A stretch of 64,000 nucleotides of DNA, taken from Deferribacterales bacterium (GTDB lineage: Bacteria; Chrysiogenota; Deferribacteres; Deferribacterales; Geovibrionaceae). This document shows, piece by piece, positions 19,074 to 28,061 of this stretch. Under the pieces are notes generated by a model, which saw only the letters and a program-made list of their open reading frames with translations, searched no databases and was not told the DNA's origin. The stretch's first letter is position 1. Each line of letters begins with the position of its first letter. A program made the translations under genes and the position numbers. The DNA lies in assembly GCA_050253075.1 (NCBI GenBank), contig JBFWJS010000007.1, positions 1 through 64,000 on the forward strand. The letters are read 5' to 3'.

Positions 19074-19345
19074 CTTGCACCGCTCTTTTTATAGATGATT
19101 GCCGACATGTCCGTATCGGGTGAGAATGGGTCTGTGCTGAATATATCCCCTGCGGATGCGAGGCTGCGAAAGCGTTCTGACGGCGAGCCCATATAAACAG
19201 AAAGGTCAGGCAGACCTGTCAGATTCGTGAAGGACTGCCTGATCATTATATCTTTTTCTGACGGCGGTCTGAGCCCCGTGAGCACAGCCGCCGCCGTTAA
19301 TATCAGTATTATAAGTATAGTAAAATAGGATAGAGTTCTACTCAT
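19070..19345 (-). CDS. Small membrane-anchored hypothetical protein
   Basis: N-terminal hydrophobic helix; overlaps both neighbours, consistent with translational coupling. Confidence 0.7.
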   Translation of the reverse strand: MSRTLSYFTILIILILTAAAVLTGLRPPSEKDIMIRQSFTNLTGLPDLSVYMGSPSERFRSLASAGDIFSTDPFSPDTDMSAIIYKKSGAR

Positions 19346-20456
19346 CCAATTTATATACCATACCTTCGCTTATTTCATCAAATGTAAGTATCTGCTTTCC
19401 GCCGTGGTCAGCAGAGAATGTTTCTGCGCTTGCTTTATCGGCGAAAGGTATCAGCTCTTTCCCCATCGGGCCGTAAACGTCTGAACCGACCACGTAGAAA
19501 GCCTTCTGCGCTGTTACGGCTTTGTTTGTGTAATAGTCTGTTACTGATGATTTAAGAAGTTTTATACCTTCGTAGCTCCCCCATTTGGCAGGGTTGAAGT
19601 AAAACTTCATCATGTCCTTAACACCGTCGAAGACTGCGTATTCCTGTATGCCTTCTTTGGTGTATTCGATTTTTGCCGCCCATTTAGGGTATTTATGTAC
19701 GAACATTCCGCAGACAGGGCACTTTTCACCTTCCTGTACGATGATGAAGTCGTCGGCCTTGCTCGCTTTCCTCACTACGTCCCAGAGGTAAAGTGTGACA
19801 GCCTGAAGCTCTTTTTCGCCGAGCTCTCCGCATTTTTTATTACCGTCTATATCTGCCTTCATCTCGTTTACGAGGTTGTATTTCAGAGGGTCTATGGACT
19901 GGTCGCAAGCAGATTTAAATATCTTTTCGCCTTTGGGATACATCATTTTTTGTCTCTTCATGCCGGTCATGTTCACATCTTTCTGCATGGAGGCGAGTGC
20001 GGATGCTTTTGCCTGCTCGAATGTCATGAGCTCTCCGCCCATCTTTTTCTGAAACTCTTCCGCATCGGCTTTATTAGCGAATGCATATTTGCTGGTCATT
20101 GTCATTGTTCCCGGTGCTGAGCTGCCCACAACGTATGTGGCATTGCGCACGTCTATCAGCTTTTCGGATGCTACATCGACCACGAGGATCTCCTGTACTA
20201 TGTTCTGCAGTCCTTCGTAGTCTTCGAGCATGCATCTGATGGAACAGTACTGTTTATTTTTCCCGCCTGAGAGCTTCATGGCGTGGCTTGTTTTGTAGAA
20301 CATTCCGAGCTTCATACCGCATACGGGGCACCATTGTTTTTGAGGTCCTGTTTGTATAAGTTCGGGCTTACCGCTTGCTTTTTTGCTGAAGTCCATGTCC
20401 GCGGCAAATCCTGTCATGGTTAGTGACAAGAATAACATAAAGATAATAATTCTCAT
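19338..20456 (-). CDS. Tandem NosL-domain periplasmic protein
   Basis: Signal peptide; two CPVCGM motifs; YVVGS..GTM and YVVGSDVYGPMG; F.ADHGG NosL features. Confidence 0.85.
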   Translation of the reverse strand: MRIIIFMLFLSLTMTGFAADMDFSKKASGKPELIQTGPQKQWCPVCGMKLGMFYKTSHAMKLSGGKNKQYCSIRCMLEDYEGLQNIVQEILVVDVASEKLIDVRNATYVVGSSAPGTMTMTSKYAFANKADAEEFQKKMGGELMTFEQAKASALASMQKDVNMTGMKRQKMMYPKGEKIFKSACDQSIDPLKYNLVNEMKADIDGNKKCGELGEKELQAVTLYLWDVVRKASKADDFIIVQEGEKCPVCGMFVHKYPKWAAKIEYTKEGIQEYAVFDGVKDMMKFYFNPAKWGSYEGIKLLKSSVTDYYTNKAVTAQKAFYVVGSDVYGPMGKELIPFADKASAETFSADHGGKQILTFDEISEGMVYKLDE

Positions 20457-20615
20457 AAGTCCCTCCGGTTTTTCATTAATCGGATACTACACCTTTTTAG
20501 TCCTATGTTCAATATTTTGTGAAGTAAATATACGGAAAATGATAATAACTTTAGTAAAATCTCTTTTGCTTTATTATTTTATGTTGTAATATTTATTTAT
20601 ATACAAAGGTGTTTA

Positions 20616-21392
20616 ATGCGTAAATTTTTAGTCTTATTAATGCTTATCAACATACTTGCCGGATGCAACCCGTACGAATCACCTTTTAAAGATGAGGTGT
20701 ACGAACATGAGATACTCGTCTTCACGGGTGTTACCATGTCTGACGCCGTTTTTGAGCTTAAAAGCATCTTTGAGAAAGAGAACGCATGTAAAGTTCAGGT
20801 GATGTACGGCGCCAGCGGATACCTTAAACATGTGGTAGAAGTAAACAGGAAAGGGGACATCTTCTTCCCGGGGAATGTCTCATACATGGAGAGCTTTAAA
20901 AACGACCATGTGATAACCCGCATGGTAGACGTGGGGTATAACCAGCTCAGCTTCTTTGTCGCAAAGGATAACCCGCTCCGTCTCAACGGCGACGTAACCC
21001 AGCTTACAAACGAACATCTAAGGGTAGTGATAGGTTCGCTGGGCGCAGGTTCTGTGGGTAAAGAAACTTTACATCTGTTGCAGCAGCATAAATTATACGA
21101 TGATGTAGTAAAGAATGCAGTATCATTCGCTACGGATTCGAAAGGTCTGGCATCTGCGATAAAAGACAACGAGGCAGACATAGTCATAAACTGGCTGGCA
21201 TACGGGCTGATAAAGAGAAATGCGCCGTTTATGACACCTGTAAAGATAGACTCGGAATACACAAGGAAAGTGCCCATTGCAATGGGGCTTTTGAAGTACA
21301 GCACAGACAACCGCTGTGCGAATAATTTTATGGATCTGGCAGCATCTGAGGCAGGTCGGATCATATTTAAAAAGTACGGATTCTCAGAGTGA
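20616..21392 (+). CDS. ModA-like substrate-binding lipoprotein
   Basis: Lipobox LAGC; YGASG, DIFFPG, GSVG, 'I.KKYGF' as in ModA-family binding proteins. Confidence 0.75.
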   Translation: MRKFLVLLMLINILAGCNPYESPFKDEVYEHEILVFTGVTMSDAVFELKSIFEKENACKVQVMYGASGYLKHVVEVNRKGDIFFPGNVSYMESFKNDHVITRMVDVGYNQLSFFVAKDNPLRLNGDVTQLTNEHLRVVIGSLGAGSVGKETLHLLQQHKLYDDVVKNAVSFATDSKGLASAIKDNEADIVINWLAYGLIKRNAPFMTPVKIDSEYTRKVPIAMGLLKYSTDNRCANNFMDLAASEAGRIIFKKYGFSE

Positions 21393-21399
21393 AAGCATA

Positions 21400-24300
21400 A
21401 TGAATATCAGAAAAATCATGTACGACAAAATTGTGATATTGGTCATATTTTATGTGATATTCGTGGTCTGTTCATTTGTCGGCATCTTTTCACTGGATAA
21501 TTTTATCCATAAACGCATCCAGTATATAAACAGCATCTACTACAACGAAACATCAAAAATACAGCTGAACGACCATCTGAAACAGAAAATAGCACTGATA
21601 CAGAACACAATGCTCGCATATATGAAATCAGAGAACTTCAACGATATGGACAGGTACGAGAAACAGCTCTCCGAGACACTCGACTCGATAGTATCCATAC
21701 TTTATGTGCTCGAATACGGCGGTATATACTCAGAGGATATAAAGGTCAATTACAAAGGGCTGGATAACGTAGAGCAAAAGGTCACATATACGAAGTATTT
21801 CACTGATAAATATAATATTCAGGTCATGGATCTTCGGGCAAAGCTGATAGACGTCAGGAACCTGATGGATGACCTGCGCAGCCTTGTCATAGACTCTATC
21901 ATATCCACAAAGAGCAGCGATATATCAATGACAAAGGATGTCAGCTCACGCTCTTTCATCTTAGTAAAAACAATGGACGCCTTCTTCGAGAGGATGGACG
22001 AAAGCAGCAACAGGCTTTATGTGGAATCCAGCGAATCGGGCAGCTTCATAAAGCAGTATCTCAGCGATACCATTCACAAATTCAGAGCATTGAAGCTCAG
22101 GGTAAACCTTATCCTCGGCGTGATAATGCTCCTCTCGGGGCTTGTCATCACAAACAGGATATATAAAACAGTAAAACAGCGCAGGATATACAGCAGAGAG
22201 CTGAACGCCCTGAACGACAGCCTAGAAGACACGGTGAAAAAACGCACGGCAGAGCTCGAGAGCGAAGTCGCCATAAGGAGAAGGAGAGAGATAGACAGCA
22301 CAACCGAGGCGAAGTTCCTCATGGATGTGATAGAGTCTCTTGCCCATCCGTTTTATGTTATCGATGCCGAAAACTATGAGATAATACACGCAAACAGCTT
22401 TGCATACAGTGTCCTTGGCGGGTCAGGGTTTACCTGCTATGAGCTGACGCATCACTCAAACCACCCGTGCGACGGGCTGGAGCATCCATGCCCGCTGAAA
22501 CAGGTGATAGACACAGGCATGCCTATATCAGTGGAGCATATCCATACGAATAAAAACGGCGAGAAACGCTATGTCGAGGTGCACGGATACCCTCTGAAAG
22601 ACGAAAACGGAAAAGTGACCCAGATGATAGAATACTCTCTGGACATCACAGATAAGAAAGACGCTGAAGTCGCCCTTATAAACCTCAATGCGATGCTTGA
22701 GGAAAAGGTGACCGAGCGCACAAGAAAGCTCGAGACAGAAGTGCGTAACAGGGAGATAGCCGAGAAGAAGGTAAAGCAGAGAGAGATGTATTTCAGACAG
22801 CTTATATCAAGCATCTCAGACATTGTTATCATCCTGGACGCCACACAGGGTATTAAATTTATCAGCCCTTCCGTGGAGACCATATGCGGTTTCAGAGCGG
22901 ATCAGCTGATAGGCAAATCCTTCGAAGATATACTGCACCCACGTGATAAGAGCATTTTCAAGGTCTGGTTTGAAAACGTCTTGAAGTCAAAAGAAGAGAA
23001 AAAGACAGCCGAATTCAGACTGCAGAAACGCTCAGGGCAGTTCCTGAACGGCGAAGCGATAGCAAATAATATGACGGACGACGAGGTCATCGGAGGAGTT
23101 ATAATAAACATCCGCGACGTCAGTATACGCAAGCACGCAGAGGAAGAAATGCGCAAGCTGGCACTGGTGATGGAGCAGAACCCGAACAGTATCCTCATCA
23201 CCGACATTGACGGAAATGTGGAATACGTGAACCCCGCCTTTGAAAACACCACAGGATATAAAATGGAAGAGGTAATAGGGAAGAATCCTAACATCCTCAA
23301 GACAGACGAAACACCGAAAGAGACCTTTGAAGAACTGTGGGCAACAGTGACAAAAGGCAAGGTGTGGCAGGGCGAATTCGTTAATAAAAAGAAGAACGGA
23401 CAGCACTATATAGAGCACGCCATCATAGCCCCCATCATGAATGAAAAGGGCGAGATAGTCAGCTATCTGGGCATGAAGGAAAATATCACAGAGCTCAAAA
23501 AAGCGAGGGAGAAGGCAGAGGAGAGCAACAGGGCGAAATCTATGTTTCTGGCGAATATGAGCCACGAGATAAGGACACCTCTGAACGGTCTTATGGGCTT
23601 CCTCGATCTGCTGAAGGAAACACATCTGGATACCGAGCAGTTCGACTACGTAAATACGATAAAATTCAGCGCAGACAGCCTGTTGCGCATATTGAACGAT
23701 ATACTCGACCTTTCAAAGATAGAGAGCGGCATGATGGAGCTGGAAAAGGCAGAGATAGATCTCGGCTTTAACATACTCTCAACGGCGAAAGCATTCTATG
23801 CTAAGGCGAATAACAAGGGCGTCAGCCTTTATTCATACATAGACCCGCAGATACCGCAGGTGCTTCTGGGCGACTCGCTCAGGATAAATCAGGTGTTGTC
23901 TAACCTGCTGAACAACGCAGTCAAATTCACCCCCGAGGGGGGCAGTATAAAGGTCAGCGTGGATCTGCTGAGAGAGACCGTCCACGGAGCCGATATCAGC
24001 GTATCCGTTGCGGACACGGGCGAGGGGATAGATGCGGATAAGATAGAGACCATATTCGAATCCTTCGCACAGGCGGACTCATCCGTCACAAGGAAATACG
24101 GCGGTACGGGGCTCGGGCTCACGATCACTAAAAACCTTATAAACATGATGGGCTCAGAGATATATGTAGAGAGTGAAAAAGGGAAAGGGAGCAGGTTCTA
24201 CTTTGACCTGTCTCTGTCAAAACCCCACAGCACAATGTCTCAGAAGAAGACCGTTCCGGAGAATAAAGTCTACCTCTGCGGAGGCGGTGACAAGGAGTTC

Positions 24301-25347
24301 AATCACCTGCTGGAGAAGTATCTCGTATCTATGGAGGCGGACTACGAATTCATCGATGCCCCTGATACGGCGGATGCTGACAGCGGTATATTCATATTCA
24401 GCGAAAGCAGCTATGACAAGGCGAAAGCATCTGCACTGATAGATAAAGGGTGCAGGGTTATATACGTTATGAACTATGGCGGCGGGGATGCAGGCGACGA
24501 AAGGGTGCAGACGATAGTCAGACCTTTTGACGGATTGGCATTTCACGAGGTTCTCTCAGGCCTGCCCGCTCAGCAGAGGTTCCTTAAACCTGCGGGGCAG
24601 AAGAGCGTACACCTGCTCACCGGCAGGGTACTTCTGGCTGAGGATAACAAAGTAAACATAAAGCTGATGGACACTATGCTCAGGCGTATGGGGCTGGATG
24701 TAGACATAGCGGAGAACGGACAGGATGCGGCGGAGCTCTGCACCACAAAGAAATACGACCTTGTCCTGATGGATATAAACATGCCTGAGATGGACGGTGT
24801 CACCGCAGCAGCCAAGATCAGGGAACACGAAAAGAACGTTTATAAAGACAGAGTACCGATAATCGCCCTCACTGCTCACAGTATGAACGAGATAAATAAG
24901 CGTTTCGTCGATAACGATTTCGACGCATACCTCTCAAAGCCTGTCCAGATGAATGAGCTGGAAGACATGCTGAAAATGTACATCACCGAGCAGGAGCTGA
25001 TAGATGTTTCCCCTGAGGCTTTCAACCTCGGAAAACTGACACAGGAGATAGGCCTGCCATATGAGGTTCTGAAAGGGCTGGTTTTAAACTATTGTAAGAA
25101 TTTCGCCGATGATGCAGAAAAATTAAAGTCATTCGCCGTGGCGGGTGAGTACGAAAAGCTGAAATCTCTCATACACTCCCACAAGGGGGCTGCATCAAAT
25201 CTGAGGATAAATAACCTGCTCCCTGCTTTCATCGAGATAGAAAATAAGAGCAGACTTAAAGAAACTAATGGTATAATTGAAGATATAGACATGCTGTCCG
25301 TAAAGGTGCAGAAGATAATCGAAATGATCGATACGGAGAACATATGA
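21400..25347 (+). CDS. Hybrid sensor histidine kinase (TM, three PAS, HisKA, HATPase, receiver, Hpt)
   Basis: NMSHEIRTPLNG, NAVKFT, FAQAD..TRKYGGTGLGL, LAEDN...DINMPEMDG, Hpt HSHKGAASNL; start placed at ATG 21400. Confidence 0.95.
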   Translation: MNIRKIMYDKIVILVIFYVIFVVCSFVGIFSLDNFIHKRIQYINSIYYNETSKIQLNDHLKQKIALIQNTMLAYMKSENFNDMDRYEKQLSETLDSIVSILYVLEYGGIYSEDIKVNYKGLDNVEQKVTYTKYFTDKYNIQVMDLRAKLIDVRNLMDDLRSLVIDSIISTKSSDISMTKDVSSRSFILVKTMDAFFERMDESSNRLYVESSESGSFIKQYLSDTIHKFRALKLRVNLILGVIMLLSGLVITNRIYKTVKQRRIYSRELNALNDSLEDTVKKRTAELESEVAIRRRREIDSTTEAKFLMDVIESLAHPFYVIDAENYEIIHANSFAYSVLGGSGFTCYELTHHSNHPCDGLEHPCPLKQVIDTGMPISVEHIHTNKNGEKRYVEVHGYPLKDENGKVTQMIEYSLDITDKKDAEVALINLNAMLEEKVTERTRKLETEVRNREIAEKKVKQREMYFRQLISSISDIVIILDATQGIKFISPSVETICGFRADQLIGKSFEDILHPRDKSIFKVWFENVLKSKEEKKTAEFRLQKRSGQFLNGEAIANNMTDDEVIGGVIINIRDVSIRKHAEEEMRKLALVMEQNPNSILITDIDGNVEYVNPAFENTTGYKMEEVIGKNPNILKTDETPKETFEELWATVTKGKVWQGEFVNKKKNGQHYIEHAIIAPIMNEKGEIVSYLGMKENITELKKAREKAEESNRAKSMFLANMSHEIRTPLNGLMGFLDLLKETHLDTEQFDYVNTIKFSADSLLRILNDILDLSKIESGMMELEKAEIDLGFNILSTAKAFYAKANNKGVSLYSYIDPQIPQVLLGDSLRINQVLSNLLNNAVKFTPEGGSIKVSVDLLRETVHGADISVSVADTGEGIDADKIETIFESFAQADSSVTRKYGGTGLGLTITKNLINMMGSEIYVESEKGKGSRFYFDLSLSKPHSTMSQKKTVPENKVYLCGGGDKEFNHLLEKYLVSMEADYEFIDAPDTADADSGIFIFSESSYDKAKASALIDKGCRVIYVMNYGGGDAGDERVQTIVRPFDGLAFHEVLSGLPAQQRFLKPAGQKSVHLLTGRVLLAEDNKVNIKLMDTMLRRMGLDVDIAENGQDAAELCTTKKYDLVLMDINMPEMDGVTAAAKIREHEKNVYKDRVPIIALTAHSMNEINKRFVDNDFDAYLSKPVQMNELEDMLKMYITEQELIDVSPEAFNLGKLTQEIGLPYEVLKGLVLNYCKNFADDAEKLKSFAVAGEYEKLKSLIHSHKGAASNLRINNLLPAFIEIENKSRLKETNGIIEDIDMLSVKVQKIIEMIDTENI

Positions 25348-26381
25348 GCCACAGATTTAAAGTAGTATCAGTAGACGACAATAAACTGAACCTTATGCTT
25401 ATCGAATCCATGCTTTCCAGCATGAATGTCGAGATATTCAGCTTTATGAAGCCTGTTGAGGCTATGGAATTTTGTGACAGAGAGACAGCAGACCTAATGC
25501 TTATCGACTATATGATGCCCGAGATGGACGGCATAGAGTTCATATCGAAGATCCGTGAAGAGGATCAGGAAGTGCCCATCATCATGATAACCGCCGTGGA
25601 TGATGACGACAGTGTTATGCTGCGTGCTCTCGAGGCGGGCGCAACGGAATTCCTCAATAAACCGCTCAAGCTCTATGAATTTCAGGTCAGGGTGAAGAAC
25701 CTGCTGACCATAAGGAAAAATCAGATACTGCTGAAAGACCGTGCCACACTCCTACAGATGGAGGTGGATGCCGCCACGGAGGAGATCATCCAGAGAGAGA
25801 GGGAGACCCTTGCCGTGCTCGGACGTGCCAGCGAGTTTAAAGACACCGAGACAGGGGCGCATATATGCCGTGTGGCAAAGTATGCAAAGCTGATAGGCTC
25901 TGTGCTGATAGATGAAGAGGAAGAGCTCGACATGCTGTATTACAGCAGTCCTCTGCACGATGTGGGGAAGATAGGCATATCAGACGATATACTCCTCAAA
26001 CCGGGTGCTCTCGACCCTGAGCAGAGGAAGATAATGGATACCCATACAAACATAGGGTATAAGATACTGTCGGATACAAAGAGTAAATACCTGCAGGGCG
26101 GGGCGATAATAGCAAAGACCCACCACGAGAGGTGGGACGGCACAGGATACCCCGAAGGGCTCAAAGGCGTGCAGATACCATTGATAGGGCGTATTGTCGC
26201 CGTATGCGATGTTTTTGACGCTCTCCTTTCAGACAGACCGTATAAGGTCGCATGGGATTTCGAAACTTCTGTTAAATACATAAAAGACAATAGCGGCAAG
26301 ATGTTCGACCCTTCTGTCGTGAATGCCTTCTTTGAGAAAATTGCAGAAATAAGAGAAGTTTACGAAACTTACAAAGACTGA
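25344..26381 (+). CDS. Response regulator with HD-GYP cyclic dinucleotide phosphodiesterase domain (RpfG-like)
   Basis: Receiver VDD..DYMMPEMDG..KP; LHDVGK, HHERWDGTGYP, RPYK. Confidence 0.95.
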   Translation: MSHRFKVVSVDDNKLNLMLIESMLSSMNVEIFSFMKPVEAMEFCDRETADLMLIDYMMPEMDGIEFISKIREEDQEVPIIMITAVDDDDSVMLRALEAGATEFLNKPLKLYEFQVRVKNLLTIRKNQILLKDRATLLQMEVDAATEEIIQRERETLAVLGRASEFKDTETGAHICRVAKYAKLIGSVLIDEEEELDMLYYSSPLHDVGKIGISDDILLKPGALDPEQRKIMDTHTNIGYKILSDTKSKYLQGGAIIAKTHHERWDGTGYPEGLKGVQIPLIGRIVAVCDVFDALLSDRPYKVAWDFETSVKYIKDNSGKMFDPSVVNAFFEKIAEIREVYETYKD

Positions 26382-26518
26382 TTCAAGATATTTTTTTAAA
26401 TAATATAAAAATACTCCGATTTAACCCTTGACATATTTCTTAATCAGACCATTTTGATACTTAAGAACAATAAGACCAATACTCCTGATAAAAAAGATAC
26501 TCTAAAAAACCATTGTGT

Positions 26519-26566
26519 AAGGGTGCAGTATTACAACCTCCATAAAACAGACTGCACCCTTTTTTC
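26519..26566 (+). terminator. Orphan terminator hairpin, possibly the 3' end of a small RNA
   Basis: aagggtgcagt / actgcaccctt 11-bp stem plus T-run, about 140 nt after the previous stop; loop contains CCTCC. Confidence 0.6.
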
Positions 26567-26575
26567 ATTAAAAGA

Positions 26576-26604
26576 TTGCAACACTCACCACGCACTTGTA
26601 AAAT
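26576..26604 (+). promoter_or_regulatory. Putative sigma70 promoter
   Basis: TTGCAA-17bp-TAAAAT before the GTG start at 26632. Confidence 0.55.
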
Positions 26605-26631
26605 ACCCGAAAAATCATACGAGGCATCAAA

Positions 26632-27189
26632 GTGGAACTCACAAGAGAAAATGCATACGCACTCCTTACCGAATACACCAAAAGCGACTCACTCTTAAAG
26701 CACGCATTCAGCGTGGAACAGGCGATGAAAGCATACGCCGTTAAATACGGCGAAGATGCTGAACGCTGGGGGATAGCAGGGCTTCTGCACGATTTTGACT
26801 ATGAGAAATATCCGACCCTCGACGATCATCCTTTCAGAGGGATGGAGATTCTCGCCGAAAAGGGCTATCCGCAGGACATCATAGACGCAGTTGCGGGGCA
26901 TGCCGAGCACACAGGCGTAAAGCGTGAGACTATGATGGCAAAGACACTGTTCGCAGTGGACGAGCTTTGCGGTTTCCTACTTGCATGCGCATATGTGCGC
27001 CCTGATAAATCCATAGCAAATGTCGAGGTCAAAAGCGTTAAAAAGAAGCTGAAAGACAAGTCATTTGCCCGTGCGGTAAACAGAGAGGACATAGAGAACG
27101 GCATCACAGAGATGAATGTCGATAAAGACGAGCACATCAGGTTTGTGATAGATGCTCTTTCCGAAATAAGCGACCGGCTGGGCGTATGA
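26632..27189 (+). CDS. HD/HDIG-domain metal-dependent phosphohydrolase
   Basis: LLKH..., GLLHDFD, LFAVDEL, KKLKDKSFA.VNRE; GTG start after GAGG. Confidence 0.88.
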   Translation: MELTRENAYALLTEYTKSDSLLKHAFSVEQAMKAYAVKYGEDAERWGIAGLLHDFDYEKYPTLDDHPFRGMEILAEKGYPQDIIDAVAGHAEHTGVKRETMMAKTLFAVDELCGFLLACAYVRPDKSIANVEVKSVKKKLKDKSFARAVNREDIENGITEMNVDKDEHIRFVIDALSEISDRLGV

Positions 27190-27959
27190 CGGAAAATATC
27201 CTAAGAGGGCTGGAACTGCCCGAAGGATACAGCGTAGAGACAGTCTATTACGGCAGCGGAACACTCTGCATATCTTCACAGGCGGGGTGCAGGATGGCTT
27301 GCCCTTTCTGTGCATCCGGCAGTGCCGGGCTGGTGAGGAACCTCAGCGCAGAGGAGATGCACGCACAGGTCGCCCTGAATAGCGATAACGATGTGAAGCG
27401 CATCACCATCTCGGGCATAGGCGAACCTTTGGATAACCTGAAGGCTGTAACGCAGTTCATCGAAGAGTGCGGTCTGCCCGTATCCGTCACCACATCCGTA
27501 CCGAATACGGAAAAGCTCAAAACTCTCATCACAGGCAAACACAACGGAGTGATGCTCTCCATACACTCAGGTATGGAGGAGACGCACAAACAGCTTGTGC
27601 CGAATGCCGCCGACCTTGACGCCATATTCAGCGCATTGTCTGATATCTGGCCAGAGCTGTCTGTGAATAAAAGGAAAAAGATAGGCTTTAACTATATGCT
27701 CCTGAAAGGTGTGAACGACCGTGTGGACGAAGTGAGGGCTATGGCCGAAAGGGTGGAAGACTTCAAAGAAGCCACCGTGCATCTGCTCGCTTACAACGAT
27801 GTGGAGGGGAGCTGTTTTAAAAGCTCAGAGGTATGCCGATTTGTCGGGATATATGAATGGATGCGGAGCAGAGGGATAAACGTGCGCCGTGCAAACACAT
27901 GGAGAAAGAGCGAAAACGGCGGGTGCGGAACACTTTTTTTAAAAACGGTGCAAAAATAA
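27186..27959 (+). CDS. Short RlmN/Cfr-like (class A) radical SAM methyltransferase
   Basis: LCISSQAGCRMACPFCASG..GLVRNL, SGIGEP, SIHS, Y.LLKGVND, terminal GGCGTL. Confidence 0.8.
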   Translation: MTENILRGLELPEGYSVETVYYGSGTLCISSQAGCRMACPFCASGSAGLVRNLSAEEMHAQVALNSDNDVKRITISGIGEPLDNLKAVTQFIEECGLPVSVTTSVPNTEKLKTLITGKHNGVMLSIHSGMEETHKQLVPNAADLDAIFSALSDIWPELSVNKRKKIGFNYMLLKGVNDRVDEVRAMAERVEDFKEATVHLLAYNDVEGSCFKSSEVCRFVGIYEWMRSRGINVRRANTWRKSENGGCGTLFLKTVQK

Positions 27960-27961
27960 TA

Positions 27962-27990
27962 TTGACATAAGGTTCTAAATATAGGATTAT
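27962..27990 (+). promoter_or_regulatory. Putative trp operon promoter
   Basis: TTGACA-17bp-GATTAT; predicted +1 falls at about the leader ATG. Confidence 0.55.
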
Positions 27991-27996
27991 CTCCGT

Positions 27997-28059
27997 ATGA
28001 ATTACAAAGAAAGAAATAGAAACCTGACAAATTGGTGGTGGCGCGGATCTTCTTTATAG
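27997..28059 (+). CDS. trpL: trp operon leader peptide MNYKERNRNLTNWWWRGSSL
   Basis: 20-aa ORF with three consecutive TGG codons directly upstream of attenuator hairpins and trpE. Confidence 0.9.
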   Translation: MNYKERNRNLTNWWWRGSSL

Positions 28060-28061
28060 TA

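Noticed and set aside
19338..20456. Nitrous oxide reductase (nos) cluster
   Set aside because: No nosZ, nosD or nosR here, and the ABC system is MacB/Lol-type rather than NosFY
20616..21392. modABC molybdate transporter
   Set aside because: No permease or ATPase in the operon; symbol modA withheld
26454..26744. 96-aa plus-strand ORF
   Set aside because: TTG start without RBS, crosses a terminator hairpin and overlaps the HD gene out of frame
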